A stretch of 64,000 nucleotides of DNA from an uncultured Aliarcobacter sp. GTDB taxonomy: Bacteria; Campylobacterota; Campylobacteria; Campylobacterales; Arcobacteraceae. Where the stretch lies: NCBI GenBank assembly GCA_963664305.2, contig CAXXLV010000002.1:1440001-1504000 (forward strand), written 5' to 3'. Numbering within the stretch: position 1 is the first letter of the stretch; the number at the start of each line of letters is the position of its first letter. Shown here piece after piece: positions 20,320 to 30,765 of this stretch. The translations under genes were made by a program, and so were the position numbers. The notes beneath the pieces were generated by a model, which searched no databases, was not told where the DNA came from, and saw only the letters and a list, made by a program, of their open reading frames with translations.

Positions 20320-22069
20320 AATCCTCTCCTAGTTGTTTAACTGTTGAATCTTCTATCCACAATACTTTAGCTACATTTATCAATTTATTAATAATATTAT
20401 GAGCATGAGAACTATCATTTAATAAAGTCGTTGCCATTTTTTTATCAATTCTTTTTTCTCTAATTAAAATATCTATTCTACCTGTTGCAATAACATCTAA
20501 ACTTTTTAAATAATCTTTTAATAATTCTGATTTTGCAAGAACATCTATTTCATCTTTACTATTTTTTATCTCATTTATTGTGTTTATTGTTTTTGCAATT
20601 GCTTCTCTGATATAATTATATTCATCTTTTATATAATCATTATTACTTAATAGATATTTTGAAATATTTTCTTGTAACTCTTCTGTATTTTTTACAGCCT
20701 CAGCGATATCTCTACATGCACTTCTTAAATCATATAAATAGTTTCTATCTTCACCCTCTAAATCATTTATAAAATATGTTGAATAATCAATTATATCACT
20801 ATAAAGTGATTTAATTCTTGTTTGATAAAAATCTTCAATATTTAATTCGATAATATCTGTTGATTCTTTCACTGCAGTTGATATATCATCTTTGCCTAAA
20901 TATCTATGTCTATGGAGCATTATCGCATGACTTAAAACTTCACTTGCATTATCATATAGATGTATTGTCTCTTTTCTAGTTGCTTTTAATGCAGCAAAAG
21001 GAACTGCAACAACTTCTAAATCTAAATATTTGGTTTTTTGTATATAAGCCTCTTTTTCCTCTACAAAAAGTTTTTTTAGGAAATTTACTAATTTTGGAAT
21101 AAAAAATGAAAAAATCAACAATCCAACAATATTAAATACTGTATGAAATAGTGATAACTTCATAGCAAAATCATCTTCGTTTATTCCAACATGAACAGCT
21201 AAATAATCAACTATATCCACCAAATAGTATAAAAAAACTGTCACTATAACAGCTGTTATACTATTAAAAATCAATAAAGCTAATGCCATTCTTTTACTAT
21301 TTGAATTTGAAACAGCAGCACCCATCACAGCAGTAATTGTAGTACCTATATTTGCTCCTATTGCTATTGCAATTGCATTTAAATATATTATTTGTCCTGT
21401 TGCAAGAGCAGTAATTGTTAAAGCTAAAGTTGCACTACTTGATTGAATAATTACAGTTGCAACAATTCCAACAAGAATATAAATAAAAATTCCTTTGTAT
21501 CCTTCAACTGCATATTGAGATAAGTCTATTCCTTGTTTTAAATCTTCAAATCCATCTTTCATATAACCAATACCAAGAAATACAAAGCCTAAACCTAAAA
21601 GAATATTTCCCATACCTTGAATAGATTTACTTTTATAAAATCTAAAAATCACACCAAAAATAATCATAGGTAAAGCTAAAGCTTCAATATTTATTTTCAT
21701 ACCAAAATATGAAACAATCCATGCTGTTGCAGTTGTTCCAACGTTTGAACCAAAAACAACTCCAATGGCACCTGAAAGAGTAATAAGTTTTGCAGATAAA
21801 AAAGAGATTACAATAATAGAAATTAAAGATGAACTTTGAAGAATTGCTGTTGATACAACTCCTAAACTTATAGATTTTAAAGTTGTATCTGTACTTTTAG
21901 TAATAATCTTTTCTAAGGCTCCCCCACTAAAAAGTTTAAAACCATCTTCCATAAAATGCATACCTATTATAAATATTCCAACACCAGCTACTATAAATTT
22001 AGAATCTGCATTTTCATACAGTAAATAGCAAAGTAATGCTAGAAGAATATATGATAGGTATTTTTTCAT
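20297..22069 (-). CDS. Na/Pi cotransporter family protein
   Basis: Two QSSS repeats with GSNVGTT/GANIGTT; helical PhoU-like tail. Confidence 0.92.
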   Translation of the reverse strand: MKKYLSYILLALLCYLLYENADSKFIVAGVGIFIIGMHFMEDGFKLFSGGALEKIITKSTDTTLKSISLGVVSTAILQSSSLISIIVISFLSAKLITLSGAIGVVFGSNVGTTATAWIVSYFGMKINIEALALPMIIFGVIFRFYKSKSIQGMGNILLGLGFVFLGIGYMKDGFEDLKQGIDLSQYAVEGYKGIFIYILVGIVATVIIQSSSATLALTITALATGQIIYLNAIAIAIGANIGTTITAVMGAAVSNSNSKRMALALLIFNSITAVIVTVFLYYLVDIVDYLAVHVGINEDDFAMKLSLFHTVFNIVGLLIFSFFIPKLVNFLKKLFVEEKEAYIQKTKYLDLEVVAVPFAALKATRKETIHLYDNASEVLSHAIMLHRHRYLGKDDISTAVKESTDIIELNIEDFYQTRIKSLYSDIIDYSTYFINDLEGEDRNYLYDLRSACRDIAEAVKNTEELQENISKYLLSNNDYIKDEYNYIREAIAKTINTINEIKNSKDEIDVLAKSELLKDYLKSLDVIATGRIDILIREKRIDKKMATTLLNDSSHAHNIINKLINVAKVLWIEDSTVKQLGEDYEASKNL

Positions 22070-22070
22070 A

Positions 22071-23873
22071 CTATTCTACAGTAACAGATTTAGCCAAGTT
22101 TCTTGGCATATCAACATCATTTCCAAGTCTTATTGAAATTTCCATTGATAAAAGTTGTAAAACAACTAATATTTCAAAAAATTCCAACATATAGTGGTCA
22201 GTTTTGTTTATTTTTATAAAATCATCTGCTAAATCAAAATCAAGTGGTGAAATTGCACAAATTGTACTATCACGTGCGCTTAACTCTTCAACATTTGATT
22301 TTATTTTATCATATAATAAATTTTGTGGCATTAATGCAATTGTAAACAGTTCTGGGTCTGCTAATGCAATTGGTCCATGTTTCATTTCACCAGATGGATA
22401 ACCTTCTGCATGTAAATATGAAATCTCTTTTAATTTTAATGCACCCTCAAGTGCAAGTGGGTAGAATACATCTCTTCCTATAAAAAAGAATCCATGACCA
22501 TGAAGATATCTTTTTGATAATCTTTTAGTTTTTTCATGAATTCTATCACTTATACATAAAGTTTTAGGAACTTCTCTTAACGTATGAATTTCATTTGCTA
22601 AAACTTCTGATGAAATTACATTTCTTATTTTTGCAAAATATAAAGATAACATCCAAAGTACAACTGTTTGAGTTGAGAATGCTTTTGTTGAAGCAACACC
22701 TTTTTCAATTCCAGCTCTTGTTAAAATTGTATAATCAGCCGTTCTTGTCATAGAAGAGTTATCAACATTACAAATAACTAAAGTTTTAAGTCCAGCATTT
22801 TTAGCCATTTTTAAAGCTTCTAAAGTATCTGCTGTTTCACCACTTTGAGAGATTACAACAAATAAAGTATCTTTTGTTAAAAGTGGTTCTTTATATCTAA
22901 ATTCACTGGCAACTTCAATATTACATTTTATTTTTGAAAGTCTTTCAAAAAGATATGAAGATGTAAGTCCTGCATGATAAGAAGTTCCACAAGCACAAAT
23001 TTTTATCTCATTTATTCCATCAAGTATTGAAGAATCTATTTCATCAAATAAAATTTCATTATCTTTTACACGTCCAATCATACAATCACTAACAACTGTA
23101 CTTTGCTCATAAATCTCTTTTTCCATAAAAAATCTATATCCATCTTTTTGAGCAAATTGTTTTGAACTTGGAAGTGTTGACCAACTATAATTATCATTAA
23201 AAAACTCTATTGAATTAGCACTTACAACTCCACCAACTCCATCTTCTAAATAAACAACATCAGAAGCTAATCCAATTAACGGAGCATCACTTGAAGCAAA
23301 TAAAACTTCCTCTTCTTCATTTCCCTTTGCAACTATTAAAGGGCTACCATTTTTAAAGAAAAAGATTTTTGTTGGGTCTGCTTTTGTAATTAATAAAATA
23401 GAAAAAGCACCCTCAAGTCTTGAAATAGTATTTTTAAACGATAGTGTTGTGTCATTTAATTGGTTATAAAAATTCTCAAAAAGATGAACAATAACTTCTG
23501 TATCAGTTTGAGATACAAATTTATGTCCTTTTTCGATTAGTTCATCTTTTAATTCTTTATAATTTTCGATAATTCCATTATGAACTACATAAGAGTATTC
23601 ACCTAAATGTGGATGAGCATTTAATTCTGTTGGTTTTCCATGTGTTGCCCACCTTGTATGTCCAATTCCTAGATGATAATCATTAGATGCAGAAGTATTT
23701 ACTTTTTCTTCTAAATTGATTAATTTTCCTAAAGCTTTAAAAACATCAATTTTATTATCTTTAAGTACTGCAATTCCTGCACTATCATAACCTCTATATT
23801 CTAACTCTTTTAAGCCATCTAATAATATTCTAGTTGTATCTTTTTTACCAATATATCCAACAATTCCACACAT
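22071..23873 (-). CDS. glmS: Glutamine-fructose-6-phosphate aminotransferase
   Basis: MCGIVG, LEYRGYDSAG, GHTRWATHG, PRNLAKSVTVE. Confidence 0.99.
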   Translation of the reverse strand: MCGIVGYIGKKDTTRILLDGLKELEYRGYDSAGIAVLKDNKIDVFKALGKLINLEEKVNTSASNDYHLGIGHTRWATHGKPTELNAHPHLGEYSYVVHNGIIENYKELKDELIEKGHKFVSQTDTEVIVHLFENFYNQLNDTTLSFKNTISRLEGAFSILLITKADPTKIFFFKNGSPLIVAKGNEEEEVLFASSDAPLIGLASDVVYLEDGVGGVVSANSIEFFNDNYSWSTLPSSKQFAQKDGYRFFMEKEIYEQSTVVSDCMIGRVKDNEILFDEIDSSILDGINEIKICACGTSYHAGLTSSYLFERLSKIKCNIEVASEFRYKEPLLTKDTLFVVISQSGETADTLEALKMAKNAGLKTLVICNVDNSSMTRTADYTILTRAGIEKGVASTKAFSTQTVVLWMLSLYFAKIRNVISSEVLANEIHTLREVPKTLCISDRIHEKTKRLSKRYLHGHGFFFIGRDVFYPLALEGALKLKEISYLHAEGYPSGEMKHGPIALADPELFTIALMPQNLLYDKIKSNVEELSARDSTICAISPLDFDLADDFIKINKTDHYMLEFFEILVVLQLLSMEISIRLGNDVDMPRNLAKSVTVE

Positions 23874-23956
23874 TTAAAAAACCTTTATTCAATTTTAAAA
23901 TATTTATTATATTTAATAATCTCTAAATAAGCCCTTTTTCGAACTTTTTTTAATTA

Positions 23957-24730
23957 TTATAAATTTAAATTCTTAATTAACTCATCATGAATTTTTCCAT
24001 TTGTTGCAACAATATATTTGTCTTCAAATAGATTATATTCCCCACCATTTATATTTGTTATTTTTCCACCCGCTTCACTTAAAATTAAAACTCCAGCACT
24101 TACATCCCAAGGTTTTAAATTCATTTCATAATAACCTTGAAAAGTTCCTCGTGCAACTAAACATAAATCAATTGAAGCACTTCCCAATCTTCTTAAATCT
24201 TGACAAAGAGGTAAAATATCTTTTATTTTTTTTACAACATCATTTAAGTCATCTTCACTAGAACCACTTGTGTATGGAAATCCTGTTGCAAGAAGTGCTT
24301 TTTGTAAATCTGCTTCATCACTAACTTTTAATTCTTTACCATTTAAAAAAGCACCTTTTCCAATCTTTGCTTCATATAATTCATCTAAAATTGGATTATA
24401 AACTATTGCTAAATATGGCTTTTTATCTTTGTAAACTCCAACTGAAATAGCAGTATGTGGTACACCATTTACAAAGTTTGTTGTTCCATCAATTGGGTCA
24501 ATAATAATTGAATTATTAAATTCTATATTTGCATTGTCTGATTCTTCTGCAATTATATTAAACTCTTTAAATTTTTTTGTAAATTTTTCTTTTAAATAAT
24601 TTTCAACAGCAACATCATATTTTGTTACTAAATCTTTTTTTGCTTTAAAAGTTACATCTTTATTTGAGTAATACCCTTTTTTTAAAATCTTTCCTGCTTT
24701 TTTTATTATTTTTATCAACTCTTTTTTCAT
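23957..24730 (-). CDS. suhB: Inositol monophosphatase family protein
   Basis: DPIDGTTNF, RRLGSASID, KPWDVSAG. Confidence 0.92.
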   Translation of the reverse strand: MKKELIKIIKKAGKILKKGYYSNKDVTFKAKKDLVTKYDVAVENYLKEKFTKKFKEFNIIAEESDNANIEFNNSIIIDPIDGTTNFVNGVPHTAISVGVYKDKKPYLAIVYNPILDELYEAKIGKGAFLNGKELKVSDEADLQKALLATGFPYTSGSSEDDLNDVVKKIKDILPLCQDLRRLGSASIDLCLVARGTFQGYYEMNLKPWDVSAGVLILSEAGGKITNINGGEYNLFEDKYIVATNGKIHDELIKNLNL

Positions 24731-24766
24731 TATTTTTTCCTAAATTTTTTCGTATTTTATCCAAAT

Positions 24767-24808
24767 ATGAACAAAAATTCATATTTAATTCATTATAAGT
24801 TCATATTC
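24767..24808 (+). promoter_or_regulatory. Putative OmpR/PhoB-type operator: TTCAT repeats at 11-bp period
   Basis: TTCAT at 24778, 24789, 24800; inverted ATGAA at 24767. Confidence 0.6.
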
Positions 24809-24844
24809 AAAGATTAAACTTTCAAAAAATAAGAAAGGATAATC

Positions 24845-25927
24845 TTGATTTCATATGCATTTAAAGCATTATTTGCAAATAAACTAAAAACTTTTTTAAT
24901 AATTTTAAGTTTAATATTTTCAATAGTATCAATCTTTTTAATTAGTTCTATTTCAAATGGAGTAATTTCTATGTACTCTTCAATGCTAAAAAGTGATGGA
25001 GATATCATTGTTACTCAAGCAAAAATATCTGATACATTTTTTTCAAATGTAAATATCAATTTAGTTGAAAAAATAAATAATTTAAAAGATATAAAAGATA
25101 CTTCTGCAATGACTGTGGGAGCTAGTCCTGTTGAAAAACTTCCAATTGTTGCAGTTTATGGCGTAACAAAAAATAGATTTAAAAACTATACTTTAATTGC
25201 TGGTAATTATCCTTCAAAAAATGAAGTTATTATTGGAAAATCTATTTTAGAACAACTTTTTAATAAAAATGAAATTCAAATTGCAAATAAAAGTTTCAAA
25301 ATCTCTGGAGTTTTTAAAAGTGAGATTGGTTTTGAAAATGGTGGAGTTGTTTTAAATATAGATGAAGCAGGAGAGATTTTTAATAAATCTGCTTCAATGA
25401 TTTTGGTAAATACAACTTTGAATTCTAATATTGAAAATATCATTAAAGATATAAAAAATTTATCAGATGAAATTGATGTTAAATCAACACAAAATTTTGT
25501 AGATAACTATAATCAATTTAAAATCATAAAAACCTCATCAAATGTTATTTCATTTATCGCATTTTCTATGGGGCTTCTTGGAATTGTAAGTCTTATGAGT
25601 ATTACAATAAATCAAAGAAAAGCTGAGTTTGGGATAAAAAGAGCATTAGGAATAAAAACATCAAAAATTGTTTATTCAATAATGGTTGAGAGCTTTTTAC
25701 TTGGAGTTTTCAGTTTCATTAGTGCTTTAATTATTTCAAATGTAACTCTATATTTTGTAAAAAATGCAAAAAGTTTACAAGGTTATGTAAATGGTGAAAT
25801 ATCTGTTGAACTAGCTTTTTATATCTTTGTTACTTCTATTTTTATGGCGATTATTGGTTCAATAATTCCAGCTTTAAATGCTGCAAAAACTGACCCAGTT
25901 GAGCTTATTCAAGGAAATAAAATATGA
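24845..25927 (+). CDS. MacB/FtsX-family ABC transporter permease
   Basis: N-terminal TM, periplasmic loop, QRKAEFGIKRALG, IPALNAAKTDPVE; TTG start with AAGGA SD. Confidence 0.92.
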   Translation: MISYAFKALFANKLKTFLIILSLIFSIVSIFLISSISNGVISMYSSMLKSDGDIIVTQAKISDTFFSNVNINLVEKINNLKDIKDTSAMTVGASPVEKLPIVAVYGVTKNRFKNYTLIAGNYPSKNEVIIGKSILEQLFNKNEIQIANKSFKISGVFKSEIGFENGGVVLNIDEAGEIFNKSASMILVNTTLNSNIENIIKDIKNLSDEIDVKSTQNFVDNYNQFKIIKTSSNVISFIAFSMGLLGIVSLMSITINQRKAEFGIKRALGIKTSKIVYSIMVESFLLGVFSFISALIISNVTLYFVKNAKSLQGYVNGEISVELAFYIFVTSIFMAIIGSIIPALNAAKTDPVELIQGNKI

Positions 25928-26547
25928 TAAAAACTTCAAATTTAACACATTATTACAACAAAGATTTAGCTTTAGAAAATATCAATTTAGAAATAAATAA
26001 AGGTGAATTTATTTGTTTAATTGGAGAAAGTGGAAGTGGAAAATCTACACTTTTATCACTTTTATCAACACTTTTAAAACCTACAAGTGGCGAACTATTT
26101 TTTGAAGGGAAAAACTATAAAGATATAAAAGATATTGATAATTTTAGAAAAACAAATATTGGTTTTATTTTTCAGTTTCATTATTTAATCAACTATTTAA
26201 CTGTTAAAGAAAATATAAAACTTGCAAATGAAAAAGCAACAAATGATGAGATTTATAATCTATTAAAAATTCTAAATATTGAAAATTTATTAGATAAATA
26301 TCCAAATGAAATTTCAGGTGGTCAAAAACAAAGAGTTGCAATTGCAAGAGCTTTGATAAACAAACCAAAAGTAATTATTGCAGATGAGCCAACAGGAAAT
26401 TTAGATTCTAAAAACTCTTTAAATGTTTTTGAGATATTAAAAAATTTAAGCGAAGAAGGAACAACAATAATTGTGGCGACTCACGACAAAGAACTAGCAA
26501 AATTTGCAAATAAAATTTATGAGGTAAAAGATGGAAAAATCAACTAA
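25924..26547 (+). CDS. ABC transporter ATP-binding protein (LolD/MacB-like)
   Basis: GESGSGKST, ISGGQKQRVAIARAL, ADEPTGNLD, THD. Confidence 0.95.
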   Translation: MIKTSNLTHYYNKDLALENINLEINKGEFICLIGESGSGKSTLLSLLSTLLKPTSGELFFEGKNYKDIKDIDNFRKTNIGFIFQFHYLINYLTVKENIKLANEKATNDEIYNLLKILNIENLLDKYPNEISGGQKQRVAIARALINKPKVIIADEPTGNLDSKNSLNVFEILKNLSEEGTTIIVATHDKELAKFANKIYEVKDGKIN

Positions 26548-28102
26548 TTTCGAACTTTTTATAAATAAACATTTCAAAATTTCTATTGCTTTTTTTGCTT
26601 TAGGACTATTTTTTGGAATTATTTATTCATTAAATTTATTGGGGCTTGTGATTGATTCACAAACGTTAAATCCAGTAAATATGAGAGCAATTCATATTAG
26701 TCTTATGCTTTATGGTTTTGTTCCTTTAATGCTTTCATATCTTCCTTTTTTACTAATAAATAAAGAAGTTGGAAGTTCACGTGAAGGTCTTAGATACTTA
26801 AATCTTTATACTATTATTTGGTATATCTTTTTAGTATTTATGGTTGTATCTTTACTTTTAGGAAAAAATAGAGGTTTAGCTTTTTATGATTTTGCTTATG
26901 AATTAAATTTCTTATTAGCATTTGCTGGATTATTCTATATTTTAGCTTTATACAAATTTATCAAACTTTATACTGTTCTTCCTTTATGGATAAAAGTATG
27001 TTTAAGAGTTGTGACAATTGCTCCATTTACACTATTAATTTTAATGAATCCAACTATTGGTCAAGTTGAAAGTACAGTATCTGGACCACATGGAGATAAT
27101 ACACTTGGAATGAGTTTAGCTTTAATTCCAATCTATTATTTAATAATCAAACTATTAAATGAGGGTGAATTTAAAGCTAGATGGAATATTTTATGGATTA
27201 TTCCAACAGTTTTTTATTTTGGTTCAGTTTTATATAGAATTTTTATTGGTCATCTTTCATACAACCAAGAGTGGTTTTTACAATATTTAACTCTTTTATA
27301 TGTTCCTCTTTTATATAGATGGTACAAAGATAGTAATATTAGTGATGTTGCTAAAAAAGCTCTATTAGTTTCTATTTTAGCTTTTTTATTTGTTGATGTT
27401 GAAGGAAATATAATTTTTATTCCTGAAATTAGATGGGTATTTCATAGAAATGATTTAATAGTTGCTCACGCTCATATTGCTATGGGAATTGGAGTATTTT
27501 TTATGGTTATTTCAATGTTTATAAATCATATCAAAGAACTACACAAAGATATATTTTTAAAAATCTATTTAGTTGGAATTATCGGAATTTTTACAGCTTT
27601 AAGTATCTCAGGATTTACACAAGCTGGATTTAACTCAATTCCAACTCATACACTTTGGATATTTAGAACTCTGTTTGGTTTAGTTGCATTTGGTTTTATA
27701 TTTGCTTTTATAAAACTTCAAACTTCATACTCAAAACTAGGATTTTATAATCTAATTGGAGTTTTAAGTGATGGATTAGGTGGTATTTCTTTAATCTTAT
27801 TTGCAAGTTTCTTATATCCTATTTTAGGATTTAGTTTTAGTGGAGTTTATGAATATGTTGTTTTTACGTTTGTTAGTATGACAGGGATTATTCACTATTT
27901 AGCTTTAAAAAATGAAGCTTATCAAATGATTTTAACTAAATTATCAGTGATTATTAGAGTATTTGCAAGTTCTATGTTTTTTGCCTTATATTCAAGTGGT
28001 AAACTTGAAATTGAAGCACTTATGATTTGCCTTTTTGATTTAACTTTTGTTTTCATTTATTTAATCTTTTTTTATGAAAAGGAGACTACATGCAAAGATT
28101 AA
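26531..28102 (+). CDS. Divergent heme-copper oxidase subunit I (CcoN-like) lacking the CuB His-His motif
   Basis: R52-A-I-H55, GPHGDN, VEG, FHRNDLIVAHAH match CcoN RPLH, GHN, FEG, SHYTDWTIGHVH by eye; no HH dipeptide. Confidence 0.75.
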   Translation: MEKSTNFELFINKHFKISIAFFALGLFFGIIYSLNLLGLVIDSQTLNPVNMRAIHISLMLYGFVPLMLSYLPFLLINKEVGSSREGLRYLNLYTIIWYIFLVFMVVSLLLGKNRGLAFYDFAYELNFLLAFAGLFYILALYKFIKLYTVLPLWIKVCLRVVTIAPFTLLILMNPTIGQVESTVSGPHGDNTLGMSLALIPIYYLIIKLLNEGEFKARWNILWIIPTVFYFGSVLYRIFIGHLSYNQEWFLQYLTLLYVPLLYRWYKDSNISDVAKKALLVSILAFLFVDVEGNIIFIPEIRWVFHRNDLIVAHAHIAMGIGVFFMVISMFINHIKELHKDIFLKIYLVGIIGIFTALSISGFTQAGFNSIPTHTLWIFRTLFGLVAFGFIFAFIKLQTSYSKLGFYNLIGVLSDGLGGISLILFASFLYPILGFSFSGVYEYVVFTFVSMTGIIHYLALKNEAYQMILTKLSVIIRVFASSMFFALYSSGKLEIEALMICLFDLTFVFIYLIFFYEKETTCKD

Positions 28103-29064
28103 TTTTAATATTTTTTATAGCAAGTGAATTGTGTTACTATTTACTAATAGCACAAACAGGTGTTGTTGAATACTTTTCATCAAATTTATTTTTAATAGCT
28201 CCTCTTCCAATTGGAGGAATTATTGGTTCAATATTAGTTTCATATATAAAAATAGATAACAAAAATAAAATATCTTTATTTTTAATTATTCAGTTAATTA
28301 TGAGTTTTATATATCCTCATTTTAATCTTCTAACACTATTTATTTTAGGATTTGCAGTTGGAAGTTTAGCTCCATTAATTATAAATGAAGTGAAAAAAAC
28401 TACATTTTTAGAACTTGGATTGGCATTGTCTTTATCATATGTAACAGGAACTATGCTTTTTAACTATGATGTATCACAAAGAGGATTTATTGCAATTGCA
28501 TTAACAACTATTACACTTATAGCTTCAAGATTTTTACCATCAAAAGATGATGAAAAAGAGTTTGACACAACAAATCATTCATTACTTATAATGATTTTAT
28601 GGGTATTTTTAGATTCAGCACTTTTTGAATCTTTATCAAGAGATTTAACTATTTCTATCTGGAGAGATGGATTTAGTTTTGAAATTGCTTTATTTCACGT
28701 AATTGGAGTTATATGTGCTTTATCGTTTAAAATTGAAAAAAATCAAAAAGAACTTTTGATTTTAACACTATTTGCACTTTCATATCTATTTTATTTTTTA
28801 AGGGAGGGATTTATTTTATCAATTATTTATCCATTCGTAATATCTTATTACAATGTGGTAATACTTCAAACTATTAGAAAAAAAGATTTTAAAACAATCT
28901 CATTTTATATGGTTCTAATAGGATGGATGGCTTCAGGTGGTGGGCTTTTTGTAGCCTTGGCAAATTTAATTCTTTTTGTTCCAATTACTCTTTTATTTGC
29001 GATTTTTAGAGTAATGACAAAAGAATATATACCAAACAATAAGGAGATAAAATGTTTAAATTAG
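28090..29064 (+). CDS. Polytopic membrane protein, possibly a divergent MFS fold
   Basis: About 11-12 hydrophobic segments in two halves with a polar linker. Confidence 0.7.
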   Translation: MQRLILIFFIASELCYYLLIAQTGVVEYFSSNLFLIAPLPIGGIIGSILVSYIKIDNKNKISLFLIIQLIMSFIYPHFNLLTLFILGFAVGSLAPLIINEVKKTTFLELGLALSLSYVTGTMLFNYDVSQRGFIAIALTTITLIASRFLPSKDDEKEFDTTNHSLLIMILWVFLDSALFESLSRDLTISIWRDGFSFEIALFHVIGVICALSFKIEKNQKELLILTLFALSYLFYFLREGFILSIIYPFVISYYNVVILQTIRKKDFKTISFYMVLIGWMASGGGLFVALANLILFVPITLLFAIFRVMTKEYIPNNKEIKCLN

Positions 29065-29573
29065 TTCTACTTTCAATTTTGAGTCTAGGTGCCTTTGCTA
29101 ATAGTTTAACTATAACTCAAGGTGAAATATCAGCACATACAGAAGTTTTTGGAGATAGCGAAATCAATCCAGCGACAAAAGAAGTAAAAGCAAATTTATC
29201 AATAGATGATAAAATTGAATCAATCAAAGGAAAAATCTTTTTTGATACATTAAGTCTTGTTAGTCAAAAAAAAGATAGAGATGCTCATATGTATGAATTA
29301 TTAAATGAGCCAAAATTCAAAACTATATCTTTTGATATAAAAAATATCGTAAAAAATGATACAAATTATGATATTAATGGTGTTGTAACATTAAACGGTG
29401 TTTCAAAAGATGTTACAGTAAAAAGTAATATAACAGAACAAAATAATCAAATTTTATTTGATGGTGGATTTTCATTTAATCTAACAGACTTTAATTTAGA
29501 ACCACCAACAATGTTCTTTTTAACAGTTAGAAATCAAATAGATATCTCTTACAAAATTGATTTAAAAAGATAA
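29052..29573 (+). CDS. YceI-family periplasmic protein
   Basis: Signal peptide, RDAHM, G..TLNGVSKDV, LTDFNLEPP. Confidence 0.88.
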   Translation: MFKLVLLSILSLGAFANSLTITQGEISAHTEVFGDSEINPATKEVKANLSIDDKIESIKGKIFFDTLSLVSQKKDRDAHMYELLNEPKFKTISFDIKNIVKNDTNYDINGVVTLNGVSKDVTVKSNITEQNNQILFDGGFSFNLTDFNLEPPTMFFLTVRNQIDISYKIDLKR

Positions 29574-29576
29574 ATT

Positions 29577-30032
29577 ATGTTAAAAAAACTTATATTATCA
29601 GTAATATTTATAAATTGTTTAAGCGCGGGAACTCTAAAAATAGACGATAAAATAAGTAATTTTTCATTAACTGATCAGTTTGATAAAATTCATACAATTA
29701 CATGTGACATTTCAACTATAATTGTAACTTTTCAAAAAAAGACTCTTATGATGGTAAATGATTATTTATCATCAAAGAGTGAAAACTTTTTAGAAAATCA
29801 TCATGCTATTTTCATAAATAATATTTCATCTAGTCCAACTATAATCACAAAAATGTTTACATTACCAAAACTAAGAGATTATAAATATACTATATTACTT
29901 ATTTATGATGAAAGTAATACAAAATTTGAAAAACAAAGTGACAAAATTACAACTTATTCTTTAGAAAATGGCTTTATCAAAAATATAAATTTTATATCTT
30001 CAATAGATGAATTAGACAGAGTTTTAAAATGA
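29577..30032 (+). CDS. Secreted hypothetical protein, possible thioredoxin-like/YtfJ-like fold without CxxC
   Basis: Signal peptide, FSLTDQFDK start typical of AhpC/TSA-like folds, ITKMFTLPKLR. Confidence 0.65.
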   Translation: MLKKLILSVIFINCLSAGTLKIDDKISNFSLTDQFDKIHTITCDISTIIVTFQKKTLMMVNDYLSSKSENFLENHHAIFINNISSSPTIITKMFTLPKLRDYKYTILLIYDESNTKFEKQSDKITTYSLENGFIKNINFISSIDELDRVLK

Positions 30033-30760
30033 ATTCTATTCCAAATGCAAATATTGTAGAAATAAATGTGGAAAATGAAAAATTAAATGATTTAAAAATT
30101 CTTCATTTAAGTGATTTACATATAAATAAAAAAACTTCTAAAAAAGAGATTTTAGATTTAGTAAATCATTGTAATAGTCTTGAATTTGACTTTTGTGTGA
30201 TTACAGGAGATATAATTGATACAAAAGTTAAATTTATTATAGAGCAACTTAAAATTCTAAATACTTTAAAAAATGAAGTTTTTTATATAAGTGGAAATCA
30301 TGATTTATTTTATGGTTTAGAAGATTTAAAAAAAGAGCTAACTAATTTCATTTTTATGGATAATGAAACTTTTAAAATTAACTATAAAAATGAGATTATA
30401 CATTTAGCAGGATTACCTGATAGATTTTCAAAATTTTTTAAAATAAAAAGAGATGAAAAGAAAATAGAAAATTATTTAAAAAATTCTCCTTCTATTTTTA
30501 TTTCTCACCAACCTAAAGATTATAAAATTGCAACAAATTCTGACTCAAATCTATTTTTATGTGGACATACCCACGGTGGACAGATTTATCCTTTTCATTA
30601 TTTAGTAAGACTTGTTCAACCTTTTTTAGCTGGATTATTTTATAAAAAAAACACTGCAATTTATGTAAATAAAGGTTTAGGATATTGGGGCGTAAATTTT
30701 AGGTATAAAGCCGATGCAGAAATCACTATATTGAAATTAATAACAAAAAGTGTAAAATAA
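30029..30760 (+). CDS. Metallophosphoesterase (YkuE/YaeI-like)
   Basis: SDLH, TGD, GNHD, SHQP, GHTHGGQ. Confidence 0.92.
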   Translation: MNSIPNANIVEINVENEKLNDLKILHLSDLHINKKTSKKEILDLVNHCNSLEFDFCVITGDIIDTKVKFIIEQLKILNTLKNEVFYISGNHDLFYGLEDLKKELTNFIFMDNETFKINYKNEIIHLAGLPDRFSKFFKIKRDEKKIENYLKNSPSIFISHQPKDYKIATNSDSNLFLCGHTHGGQIYPFHYLVRLVQPFLAGLFYKKNTAIYVNKGLGYWGVNFRYKADAEITILKLITKSVK

Positions 30761-30765
30761 TTTTC

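Noticed and set aside
26531..28102. Calling this gene ccoN or norB
   Set aside because: It lacks the HH metal ligands and adjacent cytochrome c subunits, so the symbols would imply an unsupported function.
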